Assembly (NCBI GenBank): GCA_028283725.1
Contig: JAPWKC010000002.1
Coordinates: forward strand, 341,025-405,024
Reading direction: 5' to 3'
DNA: 64,000 nt
Origin: Neorhizobium sp.
Lineage (GTDB): Bacteria > Pseudomonadota > Alphaproteobacteria > Rhizobiales > Rhizobiaceae
Below are positions 8,990 through 18,700 of this stretch, piece by piece (position 1 is the first letter of the stretch; every line of letters begins with the position of its first letter). The position numbers were made by a program, and so were the translations under genes. Under the pieces are notes generated by a model. The model had not been told where the DNA came from, did no database searches, and worked only from the letters and a program-made list of their open reading frames with translations.

Positions 8990-9607
8990 ATGACCAGCAT
9001 TTCACGAACCGGTTTCTCCCTGCTCGCGGGCGCGCTGATTGCCGTCACCGGCAGCCTTTCGGCTCACGCGGCCGATCAGCTGCGCGTGCGTGGCACGATC
9101 GAAAGCCTCGATGGCAACACGCTCTCGGTCAAGACGCGCGAGGGTACCAATGCCAAGATCATGCTCAAGGACGGCTGGAAGGTCTCGAGCGTCGCCAAGG
9201 CGTCGCTCGATGATATCAAGCCCGGCGACTTCGTTGGCATCGCATCGATGCCGACGACCGATGGCGGTGATGGCGCGCTGGAAGTCCTGATCTTCCCGGC
9301 AGCCATGAAGGGCACCGGCGAAGGCAGCTATGCCTGGGATCTGAAGCCGAACAGCTCGATGACCAACGCAACGGTCGCCGATGCGGTGAAATCGGTGAAT
9401 GGCCGGACAGTGACCGTTACCTACAAGGGCAAGGAAAAGAAGATCGCCATTCCGGACGGAACGCCCGTCGTCACCTTCGCGTCCGCTGAAATGAGCGACA
9501 TGAAGGCCGGGGCGACCGTCTTCGTCCCGTCTGAAAAGGCTGCGGACGGCTCCATGTCGAGCGCCCGCGTCGTCGTCGGCACGAATGGCGTCGTTCCGCC
9601 GATGTGA
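8990..9607 (+). CDS. Conserved periplasmic protein (DUF5666-like duplicated beta domains)
   Basis: Signal peptide (AHA); RVRGTI, DIKPGDFVG, ALEVLIFP, SSMTNATV, VVPPM; RBS AAGGA. Confidence 0.75.
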   Translation: MTSISRTGFSLLAGALIAVTGSLSAHAADQLRVRGTIESLDGNTLSVKTREGTNAKIMLKDGWKVSSVAKASLDDIKPGDFVGIASMPTTDGGDGALEVLIFPAAMKGTGEGSYAWDLKPNSSMTNATVADAVKSVNGRTVTVTYKGKEKKIAIPDGTPVVTFASAEMSDMKAGATVFVPSEKAADGSMSSARVVVGTNGVVPPM

Positions 9608-9644
9608 GTGATCGGGCGTCGCCACCGCCAGGCGACCCCCGTCA

Positions 9645-9680
9645 ATCGCGCGCAGGACCGGCTCCGGTCCTGCGCGCGAT
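9645..9680. terminator. Perfect 17-bp inverted repeat between convergent genes (probable bidirectional terminator)
   Basis: ATCGCGCGCAGGACCGG-ct-CCGGTCCTGCGCGCGAT; no U-tract. Confidence 0.55.
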
Positions 9681-9688
9681 CCTGGCCA

Positions 9689-10717
9689 TCACTTGGCCGG
9701 CGCCATGAGATAATGGCCGACGCCCCAGACCTTTCCCTCGTCGTGGCCGAAGAGGCCGGCCGTCGCGAGAAAGAAGAGGCGCCAGCGCCTTTGCCATAGC
9801 GAGGCGTCCCTGCCATAGACCTTTGCCAAGATTGGCTGGATACGGTCGATTTCCGTGTCGAAATTTGCAAGCCAGTCGAGGGCGGTGCGCCGGTAGTGCG
9901 TGCCGGACCAGTGCCATTCCGTCTCCACCTGAAACAGGTCGCGAAAACGATGCGGCAGATCCTGAGCCGGCATGATGCCGCCGGTGAAGAAATGATGCGC
10001 GATCCAGTCGGCCGGATCGTCGTGGTCGAAGCGGTATGACCGATTCTTGTGGGTGAACACATGCAGGAAAAGCCTGCCATCGGGCTTCAGCCAAGTGCGG
10101 ACCCGTTCAAGGAGCGCCTGCCAGTTCGACATGTGCTCGAACATCTCCACCGAGACGACCCGGTCATGGCGCATGGTGGTGGAAAAGTCGTTCATGTCGG
10201 CGGTGATGACCGTCAGGTTGGCGAGGCCGCGACGGCCGGCAAGGTCGAGGATATGGGCGCGTTGCGACGCCGAATTCGACACCGACGTGATCGATGAGTT
10301 GGGAAATTTCTCGGCCAGATAAAGAGACAGCGAACCCCAGCCGCATCCAAGTTCGAGAACACTCATCCCGTCTTCGATGGCGGCGTGTCTGACGGTGTCG
10401 GCCAGCGCATGGGCTTCCGCCTCGCCAAGCGTCGTCGCCTCGTTCGGATAGAGACAGCAGGAGTATTTGCGCTGCGGGCCGAGAACCAGTGAAAAGAACT
10501 CCGCCGGCACTTCGTAATGCTGCCGGTTTGCCTCGTCCGTGTGGGTGGCGACAGGAAATTGCCCCATCGTCTCGAGGAAGGCGCGCTCTCGCTCGGTAGG
10601 CGTTGCGGCAAGTCTGCGCTTCGTTCGGCTACAGAGAAAATCGATACCGGCGAGCGTCATGCCGTCGGTGAGCGGCGCCCGCTCGGCAGTGTTGATGGCG
10701 AAGGCGAGCATGTTCAT
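9689..10717 (-). CDS. Cyclopropane-fatty-acyl-phospholipid synthase-family class I SAM methyltransferase
   Basis: ANRQHYEVP, KYSCC, VLELGCGWGSL, VSVEMFEH, FFTGGIMP; start at 10717 has RBS AAGGAG and an ATGA overlap. Confidence 0.9.
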   Translation of the reverse strand: MNMLAFAINTAERAPLTDGMTLAGIDFLCSRTKRRLAATPTERERAFLETMGQFPVATHTDEANRQHYEVPAEFFSLVLGPQRKYSCCLYPNEATTLGEAEAHALADTVRHAAIEDGMSVLELGCGWGSLSLYLAEKFPNSSITSVSNSASQRAHILDLAGRRGLANLTVITADMNDFSTTMRHDRVVSVEMFEHMSNWQALLERVRTWLKPDGRLFLHVFTHKNRSYRFDHDDPADWIAHHFFTGGIMPAQDLPHRFRDLFQVETEWHWSGTHYRRTALDWLANFDTEIDRIQPILAKVYGRDASLWQRRWRLFFLATAGLFGHDEGKVWGVGHYLMAPAK

Positions 10718-11541
10718 TGCACATCTCCTTGGGGGCCCCGAGAGCCGAAGCCGGATTTTGGTGACGATTTGCGCGGACCGGGGAAAAAGGCGTTGACCCG
10801 GTTCTGCAAGCTGCGGAATTTGTCGCCGCGCGAGCGCAGCATGTGTTCTTCGAGCGGCGGAATGCCCGAGACATGCACCAGCAGCCAGTACATCAGGAGT
10901 GGCGCGAGCAGCGACAGCCAGCTCCACACCGGCATGGAAAGCGCCATCAGCGGCCAGCTGCACCAGAAGAGCCATTCGAAAAAGTAGTTGGGATGCCGGG
11001 AATACTTCCAGAGCCCGGTCTCGCAGATCTCGGTTCTGGCAGTCGGCGTCTTGCGGAAACGGGCGAGCTGCAGATCGGAAATAGCCTCGCCAGAAAGGGC
11101 GATGACGGCGACGCCGATGCCCGCCAAATCAGATAGACGAGGGAAGGCAAGGTCGTTGGCGGCTGCGAGATAGACTGCGATAACGAGGATGAACGCGGCG
11201 AGTGCCTGGATCTGCAGAAACAGGAAGAGGCGGAGGCTTGCCGTTTTGCCCCAGTCCTCGACGAGTTTGGCATAGCGGGGGTCTTCGCCGCCGCCATGGG
11301 TGCGCGAGCCGATATGGGCGCCAAGCCTCAATGCCCATGCGCAGATGAAAATGAGCGCGATCATCCGTCTGGCAAAATCGCCATCGGCGGCGAGCGCGGC
11401 GATGATCCCGCCGGACCCGACCGCGAAGGACCAGATCGTGTCGATCCAGCCGCTTTGGCCTGTCAGGCGCTGGACCGCCCATGCGCCTGCCATGCAGAGC
11501 GACAGCCAGAAGGCGATGGCGATGATCAGAACCGTATCCAT
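10714..11541 (-). CDS. DUF1295 (steroid 5-alpha reductase-like) membrane protein
   Basis: GWIDTIWS, EDPRY, GLWKYSRHPNYFFEW, SGIPPLE. Confidence 0.9.
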   Translation of the reverse strand: MDTVLIIAIAFWLSLCMAGAWAVQRLTGQSGWIDTIWSFAVGSGGIIAALAADGDFARRMIALIFICAWALRLGAHIGSRTHGGGEDPRYAKLVEDWGKTASLRLFLFLQIQALAAFILVIAVYLAAANDLAFPRLSDLAGIGVAVIALSGEAISDLQLARFRKTPTARTEICETGLWKYSRHPNYFFEWLFWCSWPLMALSMPVWSWLSLLAPLLMYWLLVHVSGIPPLEEHMLRSRGDKFRSLQNRVNAFFPGPRKSSPKSGFGSRGPQGDVQ

Positions 11542-11783
11542 TTCGCTTCCCTTGTGGCTCCCGCTTGCCGAACCGCGACCTTATCGCGCTGTCCCTGTTG
11601 GTGCTTCAGATCCCATTACGGGCCTTGCAGGCCTTCGGTTTTGTGGTCGGGAATAAAAACGGATGGATGATTTCTACCGATGCGATGAAACCGATCGGGG
11701 GCGACGTGCGTAACCTGCAAGCACAGAGAGCGCATCGGGAGCGCGCTTTAGGCAATGAGGATTTCCTGGAGGAGGCGCCATCG

Positions 11784-12215
11784 ATGCCGGATTTTTTATC
11801 GTCAGCACCAGATCAGCCCCGTGCGGGCGGCCGGCCGATCCGCCGGTGGCGGTTGCTCGGCAGTCTTGCGGTCGCGGTCTTTTGCCTTGCAGGGCAGGTC
11901 AACGCCGCCAGTCTCGAAGGTGAGTGGCAGCGCGGAGACGGCAATGCACGCGTCAGGATAGCGCCCTGCGGTGCGGATATCTGCGCCATCAATACCTGGA
12001 TCAAGCCCGGCACACCTCGGGAAAAGGCGGGCGACAAACTGGTGATGTCGGTCATGCCCGCGTCGGATGGCGGTTATTCCGGCACGGCCTTCGATCCGCA
12101 ACGCGACATGACATACAAGCTGACGATCACCATTGCGGGTGACAGGATGACCACACGAGGCTGCATCGTGGCAGGCCTCCTGTGCAAGGGGATCGACTGG
12201 ACGCGGATAAACTGA
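11784..12215 (+). CDS. DUF2147 secreted protein
   Basis: Signal peptide; GEWQRGDGNARVRIAPCG, YSGTAFDP, GCIVAGLLCK..W; RBS GGAGG. Confidence 0.85.
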   Translation: MPDFLSSAPDQPRAGGRPIRRWRLLGSLAVAVFCLAGQVNAASLEGEWQRGDGNARVRIAPCGADICAINTWIKPGTPREKAGDKLVMSVMPASDGGYSGTAFDPQRDMTYKLTITIAGDRMTTRGCIVAGLLCKGIDWTRIN

Positions 12216-12250
12216 CCGGATCAAAAGACGAAAACGCAAAGGAGAGGCGC

Positions 12251-12664
12251 ATGTCAGTCACGAGGTTCGTTGCCGCGGCAGCGATAACGCTGGTCATCTT
12301 CGTCGCGATCGACGCGGTGTGGCTCACCACCATGGCCGACCGTCTCTACCGGCCGGCGCTGGGCGACATGCTGGCAACAGAGTTCAGGCCCGTGCCGGCG
12401 ATCGTCTTTTATATCGTCTATGCGATCGGGCTCACCTATCTTGCCGTTCGGCCCGGCCTCGTGTCGGGTTCGGTCGGGGTAAGCGGCATCCATGGCGCGG
12501 TTCTCGGTTTCACTGCCTATGCGACCTATGATCTCACCAATCAGGCGACGCTGAGAAACTGGTCGACGGTCCTGACGCTGTCCGACCTGATATGGGGTAC
12601 GTTGCTTTCGGCTGTCGCAGCCATGGCCGGTCACGCGCTGACCCGTCGGATTTTCCCCAGATAG
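12251..12664 (+). CDS. DUF2177 membrane protein
   Basis: IDAVWL, AYATYDLTNQATLRNW, DLIWG; RBS AGGAG. Confidence 0.88.
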   Translation: MSVTRFVAAAAITLVIFVAIDAVWLTTMADRLYRPALGDMLATEFRPVPAIVFYIVYAIGLTYLAVRPGLVSGSVGVSGIHGAVLGFTAYATYDLTNQATLRNWSTVLTLSDLIWGTLLSAVAAMAGHALTRRIFPR

Positions 12665-12834
12665 GTTCGCCTGCTCGCGGGCTGGGAGCAGAGAGAGGCG
12701 CAGGCCCTGCGGTGACGGAAAAGCGATTCCGATTTGGCCGCCGATAGGCTAGATCTTGGCGAGGCGCATTGGACGTGCGATTCGGACCGCGCTGTGGGCC
12801 GGTCTATCCCCGTTGATCATCAGGCAGGCTTCGC

Positions 12835-14076
12835 ATGGATATCTCCACACCCCTCGACCAGCAGTTCTCGGTCACGGGAAAGGCCCGTATCGTCGGAGAG
12901 CTTTTCGGCGGGCTCGATATCGCCCCGACATGGTCTACGCTCTACACGCGCGTCACGACCGACCCCAATGATGCGGCTGCATTTTATGATCTGTCCCTGA
13001 TCCTCGAGACGCTTGGCAACAAGCCGGCCTCGGTCGAGACCTTGAAAGCGGCGCTCGGTGTGAGCCGGCAATACCGGATCAAAAACGGAAACGGCGAAGG
13101 CGCCCGCGTGCTCGTATTCGTCACCACGGGCGATTTCATGGCCAATACGCCGGTGGAATTTCTGCTCGAAGCCTCGAACACCGTCATCCATCTCTATTTC
13201 GTCGATGGTGAAACGACGAAGCTCGACGACGTGCCGGAGCACGACGTTGCCTTTCTGGCGATCGGCCACTCGAAGGCCAATTTCGCCGTTCTCGATCGCA
13301 TGGATCAATTGTTGAAGACCTGGCCGCGCCCGGTCGTCAACAGCGTGCCGGGTGCGATCAAGGCCCTGTCGCGCGACGGCGTTGCAGGAAAATTCGAAAA
13401 CGAGCCGTCCATCCTTGCGCCAAAGACAGTCAATGTCGTGCGCCAGCAGGTGATCGAACTCGCCAGAGGCGATGCCGATGTGGCCTCGCTTCTCGAAGGG
13501 AGTACGTTTCCGATCATCGTGCGTCCAACGGATACCCATGCGGGCGAGGATATGGCGAAGATCGCCGATGCCGCCCAGCTTTTGGCCTACATGGACAAGA
13601 CGGAGGGGGAGCGGTTCTTCCTCTGCCCGTTCATCGATTATTCCGATGCCGACGGCAAGTTCCGCAAGCAGCGCATCGCCTTCATCGATGGCCGTGCCTA
13701 TGTCAGCCATTTTGCCGTGTCAGAACACTGGATGGTGCATTATCTGAGCGCCGGCATGCTGGAATATGCCGAACGGCGCGACGAGGAAGCCCGTTGGATG
13801 GCAACGTTCGACGAGGATTTCGCTCTCCGCTACGCCGTGGCTTTTGCCGCGCTTCAGCGGGAGATGCAGCTGGATTATTTCGCGATCGATTGTGCCGAAT
13901 TGCCGGATGGCCGTCTTCTGCTCTTCGAGGCGGACAATGCCATGATCGTCCACTCGATGGATCCGGAAGCGGTCTTTCCCTACAAGAAGGCGCCGATGGC
14001 GCGGTTGTTCTCGGCATTCGAAACGATGCTTGAGGATCGCGCGCAAAAGGTAGGCGCAACGCCCGCCGGAGCCTGA
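12835..14076 (+). CDS. Divergent ATP-grasp (RimK-like) enzyme with an N-terminal TPR-like helical segment; function unknown
   Basis: DPNDAAAFYDLSLIL TPR-like segment; RPVVN, FPIIVRPTDTHAG, FRKQR, DYFAIDC..DGRLLLFEAD ATP-grasp pattern. Confidence 0.75.
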   Translation: MDISTPLDQQFSVTGKARIVGELFGGLDIAPTWSTLYTRVTTDPNDAAAFYDLSLILETLGNKPASVETLKAALGVSRQYRIKNGNGEGARVLVFVTTGDFMANTPVEFLLEASNTVIHLYFVDGETTKLDDVPEHDVAFLAIGHSKANFAVLDRMDQLLKTWPRPVVNSVPGAIKALSRDGVAGKFENEPSILAPKTVNVVRQQVIELARGDADVASLLEGSTFPIIVRPTDTHAGEDMAKIADAAQLLAYMDKTEGERFFLCPFIDYSDADGKFRKQRIAFIDGRAYVSHFAVSEHWMVHYLSAGMLEYAERRDEEARWMATFDEDFALRYAVAFAALQREMQLDYFAIDCAELPDGRLLLFEADNAMIVHSMDPEAVFPYKKAPMARLFSAFETMLEDRAQKVGATPAGA

Positions 14077-14108
14077 GGCCACGGCGGGTCGCACTTTTCT
14101 CGGTTGGC

Positions 14109-14771
14109 TCAGAAATGCAGCGAAACGCCGACGTTGATGGCGTTGGTGAAGATCCGCGTCTTCAGCGTATCGCCGCTGTCGATGGAGACGTCGTTGACGA
14201 AGCTGTAATTGCCCTTGTACTCGACGAAGGTCGACCAGTGCTTGCTGATCTGGTAGCTCACGCCGGCCTGCGCCTGCAATGTCAGGCCGCCAAACTGGTA
14301 GTCGAACGTGCGGCCGGAGGGGCGGGTGACTTCCACATGCGGCACGTTGATGCCGGCGCCGAGGCCAAGATAGGGCGTCCAGCGGCGCGTCGGATCCTGG
14401 AAACGGTAGAGGCCGTTGACGGTCAAAAGGTTCAAGCCATCGGTAAATTCGAAATGGCTCCATCCCGGCGTGTTGGCGAGATTTCCGTAGACCTTGTCGT
14501 GGGTGTAATCGAGGCTGATACCCCAGTTGGATGCGGAGAAATCATCCAACCAATAGGTGGCACGGAATCCGTAATAGGGCGGACTGGCGAAAGACTTGCC
14601 TTTCCAGTCCGGGTCGAAATCGGCACCGTCCGAGGTCTTGACGTTGCTGCCGGTTGCCCCCTGGATGCCGCCATAGGCGGAAAACTGGGTCTCGGCCGAA
14701 GCGATCCCGGCCATCGTCAATGCAGCGGAAAACGTGAGCGCGGCCATCAGGCTGCGGGTAACGAAAGTCAT
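14109..14771 (-). CDS. lpxQ: Lipid A oxidase LpxQ (outer-membrane beta-barrel)
   Basis: WKGKSFASPPYYG, NWGISLDYTHDKVY, GWSHFEFTDGLN, YRFQDPTRRWTPY match Rhizobium LpxQ as I recall it; signal peptide; C-terminal aromatic residue. Confidence 0.88.
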   Translation of the reverse strand: MTFVTRSLMAALTFSAALTMAGIASAETQFSAYGGIQGATGSNVKTSDGADFDPDWKGKSFASPPYYGFRATYWLDDFSASNWGISLDYTHDKVYGNLANTPGWSHFEFTDGLNLLTVNGLYRFQDPTRRWTPYLGLGAGINVPHVEVTRPSGRTFDYQFGGLTLQAQAGVSYQISKHWSTFVEYKGNYSFVNDVSIDSGDTLKTRIFTNAINVGVSLHF

Positions 14772-15002
14772 GTCGGCGTCCTTTGCGCGAGCGTGCGCGC
14801 CATGAATTTTCCAGTTGTCTGACACGAAACTGAACGGCCGATCGCTGCCGGCATCTTCACGCGGCAGTCTTCGACACGCTGCGGCTGTAATGCCACAATA
14901 TGAAGACAGGTCCATGACGCGGGCGCTTCGCCGCCTTCATAAAAGGCCGCTACAAGTCTGCGTCATAGACGTCTTCGACCGGAGAGGATTTTTGATTCGG
15001 TC

Positions 15003-15611
15003 TTACCAGGCGCCGGAGAGCGGCTCACCGGTCAACGGCACGGCGCGTTGCTTTCCATCCTGATTCTCGACGGATATCGAGGCCGGCATCTGCTTCGGCG
15101 AGCGACGGAACCAGCGGGCGGCAATGGCTGCCAGATCGCCGATCCCACCATGCTGGTGCCAGTCGGCAAACCGGCGCGCCATCGCATCCGGTTCATGTTG
15201 ATAGAAGAAGTCGCCGGACTGGCCGAGTGCGTTGACATCTGCGGCCATGGCGGCCAGCGGGCGCTGGAACATTTTCGAGGCGACGGACAGGCCGCTCGCG
15301 CTCTGCGAAAGTGCCGGCGCCATGAAATCGATCGCCCAGCCGTCCGCCTCGACCCAGCAATGAAAATTCTCGCCCGCGCCGGTGACATAACCGTCGTCGC
15401 GGTGATCGGCAAAAAGCAGTACCGCACCGCCGAGATTGTAGGCGGCAAGGCCACCCTTGGGCGTCGCATTCACCTTGTAATGCTGTTTGAGGACGAAAGC
15501 CCCGAAGGAGGCGAAATACATCGACGCTGTCGAGGGATCGGCATTCTCGGCCACCAGCAGGCTGTTGATGACCTTGTAGATCCGGTGATAGTCGCTTTGC
15601 TTGATCAGCAT
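15003..15611 (-). CDS. DUF2026 family protein (Atu2299-like)
   Basis: MLIKQSDYHRIYKVI N-terminus, FHCWVEADGWAIDFMAP, KMFQRP, LSGAW C-terminus. Confidence 0.82.
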   Translation of the reverse strand: MLIKQSDYHRIYKVINSLLVAENADPSTASMYFASFGAFVLKQHYKVNATPKGGLAAYNLGGAVLLFADHRDDGYVTGAGENFHCWVEADGWAIDFMAPALSQSASGLSVASKMFQRPLAAMAADVNALGQSGDFFYQHEPDAMARRFADWHQHGGIGDLAAIAARWFRRSPKQMPASISVENQDGKQRAVPLTGEPLSGAW

Positions 15612-15736
15612 GGTTTTCCGCTCGAACGCCCTGTTGTGGCCCGTCACTAGGCGATGGGGCGGCCAATGTAAACGTTCGAGCACGCTTCATCGGTCGGTCC
15701 TGCCGCCATCGGGCGGCGGATCTGCAACGCTTAAGG

Positions 15737-15765
15737 CCGGAGCCGCCCTGAGGCGACGGCTCCGG
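15737..15765 (-). terminator. Hairpin immediately after the giant repeat gene
   Basis: CCGGAGCCG-N11-CGGCTCCGG, 6 nt past the stop; weak U-tract. Confidence 0.5.
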
Positions 15766-15771
15766 GTCTGA

Positions 15772-18700
15772 TCAGCCCGTTGCCAGATAGGCGTTGATAA
15801 CGGCGGCAACCTGGTCGGAATTGAGCGAGCCCATCTGCGAGGCCATCAGCGTATCGAGCTGCGCATTGGAGAGATGCGAAATGTCGTTGGTGGACAGGCC
15901 GGCAATTCCTGTTGCGCTGAAGGCGGCGATGTCTTCGAGCGAGAATGTAGCAAGCTCGGACGTGCTGAGCGCCGCCACCTGGGTTGAGGTCAGGGCTGTT
16001 ACCTGCGCGGGCGTCAGTGCTTCTGCCTGCGCAGTCGTCAGCGAACTGATGACGAACGTGGTGAGACCGGAGATGGCGCTGGTGCTCAGACCGGCGATTT
16101 CGCTGGTCGAAAGCAGGGCGATGTCGTCGGTGCCGAGTGCCGCCGTCTGCACCGCCGTCAATGCCGCAAGCTGGGTGCTGGACAAGGAATCGATCTGGCT
16201 CGTGCTCATGGCCAGGATCTGGTTGTAGTTGAGAGCGGCCACCTGGGAGGCGGAGAGGACCGCGATTTCGCCGCTCGTCAGCGATGCGATGACGGCCGTG
16301 GAGAGGCCGCCGATCGACGATGGGTTGATGGCTGCAAGGTCCGTCGTGGAGAAGCGGGCCAGATCATCCACCGTCAGACCGGCAAGGCCGGAATGGCTGA
16401 GTGCCGCGATCTGGTCGGTGGACATTGCATCCACCTGTTCGGGGCTGAGGGCACCGATCTGCGTGCTCGTCAGGCCGGCGATGAAGGTCGTGCTCATCTC
16501 CGAGATCTCGGTGGGCGAGAGAGCCGCGATGAAATCCGGGGAAAGGCCGGCAATGGCGCTGGAGCTGATCGCAGAAAGGCCGCCGACGGAGAGATGTTCC
16601 AGATCTTCCGCCGTCAGGCCCGCAAGGCCCGAAGAGCTGAGCGCTGCAATCTGGCCGGAGGAGAGGGCCGCAATCTGCTCGTTGGAGAGCGCATCCGTCT
16701 GTCCGCTCGTCAGACCGGCCACCGCCGCTGTGCTGAGGGCCGCAATCTGGGCGGTAGACAGCGCGGCAATATCATCGGTCGAAAGGGCCGCAGCCTGCTT
16801 CGAGCCGAAAACGCTGATCTGGCCGGTCGAAAGGGTGTCGATCTGTTCCGTCGTCAGGGCCGCGACCTGGCCCGTCGTCAGGCCCGAAATGGCCGACGTG
16901 CTGAGGAGAGCGATCTTGTCGGTCGTCAGTGTCGACAGGATGCTGGTCGAAAGCCCGGCCATCGCGCTGGCCGTGATGGCAGCGATATCGGCCGTCGAGA
17001 ATGTCGCGAAGGCATCGCTGCTCAGCACCGCGATCTGCTTGGAGGTCAGCGCGCCGACTTGCGATGAGGTGAGCGCCTCGACCTGGGCGGTGCTCAAGGC
17101 ACCGATCTGGCTTGTGGAAAGCCCTGCAACGCCAGCAGTTCCGAGGGCAGCGATCTGGTCTGTCGTCAGCGCCGCAAGCGTCGTGGTCGAAAGGCCCCAG
17201 ACGCCGGTCGAGCTGATCGCGGCGATATCCTCCGTCGAGAATACCTCGAAATCATCCATGCCGAGCGCACCGATCTGGGTGGAGCTCAGGGCTGCCACCT
17301 GGGTGGAGCTGAGGGCTTCCACCTGCTCGGTCGTCATCGTGGTGATCTGCGTGGAAGTCAGGCCGGCAATTCCGCTCGTCGTCATGGCGACGATCTGTGC
17401 AGTCGAGAGCGCAGCGATGCTTGCCGTCCCGAGTGCCGAGACCTGTTTGGAGGTCAGGGCCGCGATCTGTGCGGTCGTCATGGCGGCGATCTGGTCTGTG
17501 GTGAGCGCGCCCATCTGCACGCTCGTCAGGCCCGGTATGCCGGTGATGCTCAGCGCCGCGACCTGATCGATGGACAGGGAGGCGATCGTCGCGCTCGAAA
17601 GCCCGGACATGGCCGTCGAGGTAATCGCTGCGATGTCGGCCGTCGAGAACGTGTCGAGATCATCGAGGCCGAGCGCCGCGATCTGGGTCGATGTGAGGAC
17701 AGCGATCTGCGTCGAGCCGAGTGCCTCGGCCTGATCGGTGCTGAGGCTGGTGATCTGCGTTGCCGAGAGCCCGGCGACGCCGCCGGTGCTGAGCGCGGCA
17801 ATCTGGTTGGTCGACAGTGCTGCGATATCGGCGGTCGACAGCGCCGCTACCTGCTTGGATGCAAGGGCTGCGACCTGCGCCGTCGTCAGCGCGGCGGCTT
17901 GCGCCGCGCTCAGTGTCGCGACCTGTGTCGTGGTGAGGCCGGTGATGCCGGCAGTGCTGAAAGCCGCGACCTGCGCTGTCGTCAGGGACGCGATCGTCGT
18001 CGTGGAAAGCCCGGCGATCGCCGTCGAGCCGATCGCTGCAATTTCCTTGGTCGAGAAGGTCGCGAGATCATCGGTGCCGAGCGCGGAAATCTGTGTCGAG
18101 GTCAAGGCGGCAATCTGCGTGCTGCTCAAGGCTTCGGTCTGCTCGGTCGTCATCGTGGAGATCTGCGCCGTCGTCAGGCCGGCAATGCCGGCCGTTCCGA
18201 TCGCCGCGACCTGCGCCGTCGTGAAGGTGGCGAGATCGGCGGTGGTCAGCGCCTTCACCTGTTGCGAGGTGAGGGCGGAAATCTGGCCGGTCGAGAGCGC
18301 TTGTGCCTGAAGCGTGGTCAGAGCCGCGATCTGCGTACTCGACAGGCCGATCACTGCCGCCGTGCTGATCGCCGCGATCTGGTCGGCTGACAGGCCCGCA
18401 AGCGCGGCTGTCGACAGGCCCGGAATGGCTGCACTCTGGATCGCCGCGACATCCGAGGTCGACAGTGTTGCGAGATCGTCTGCACCGAGCGCGGCAATCT
18501 GCTTGGAGGTCAGGACGGCGATCTGGCTGGAGCTGAGCGCTTCGACTTGCTCCGTCGTCATGGTGGAAATCTGGCCGGTGGTCAGGCCGGCGGCTCCCGC
18601 CGTACTGATCGCCGTGATCTGTTCGTCGGTGAGGACCGCAATGTCGCCAGTGCTCAAGGCTGCGATTTGCGATGAACCGAGCGCTGCCATCTGTTCGGCG

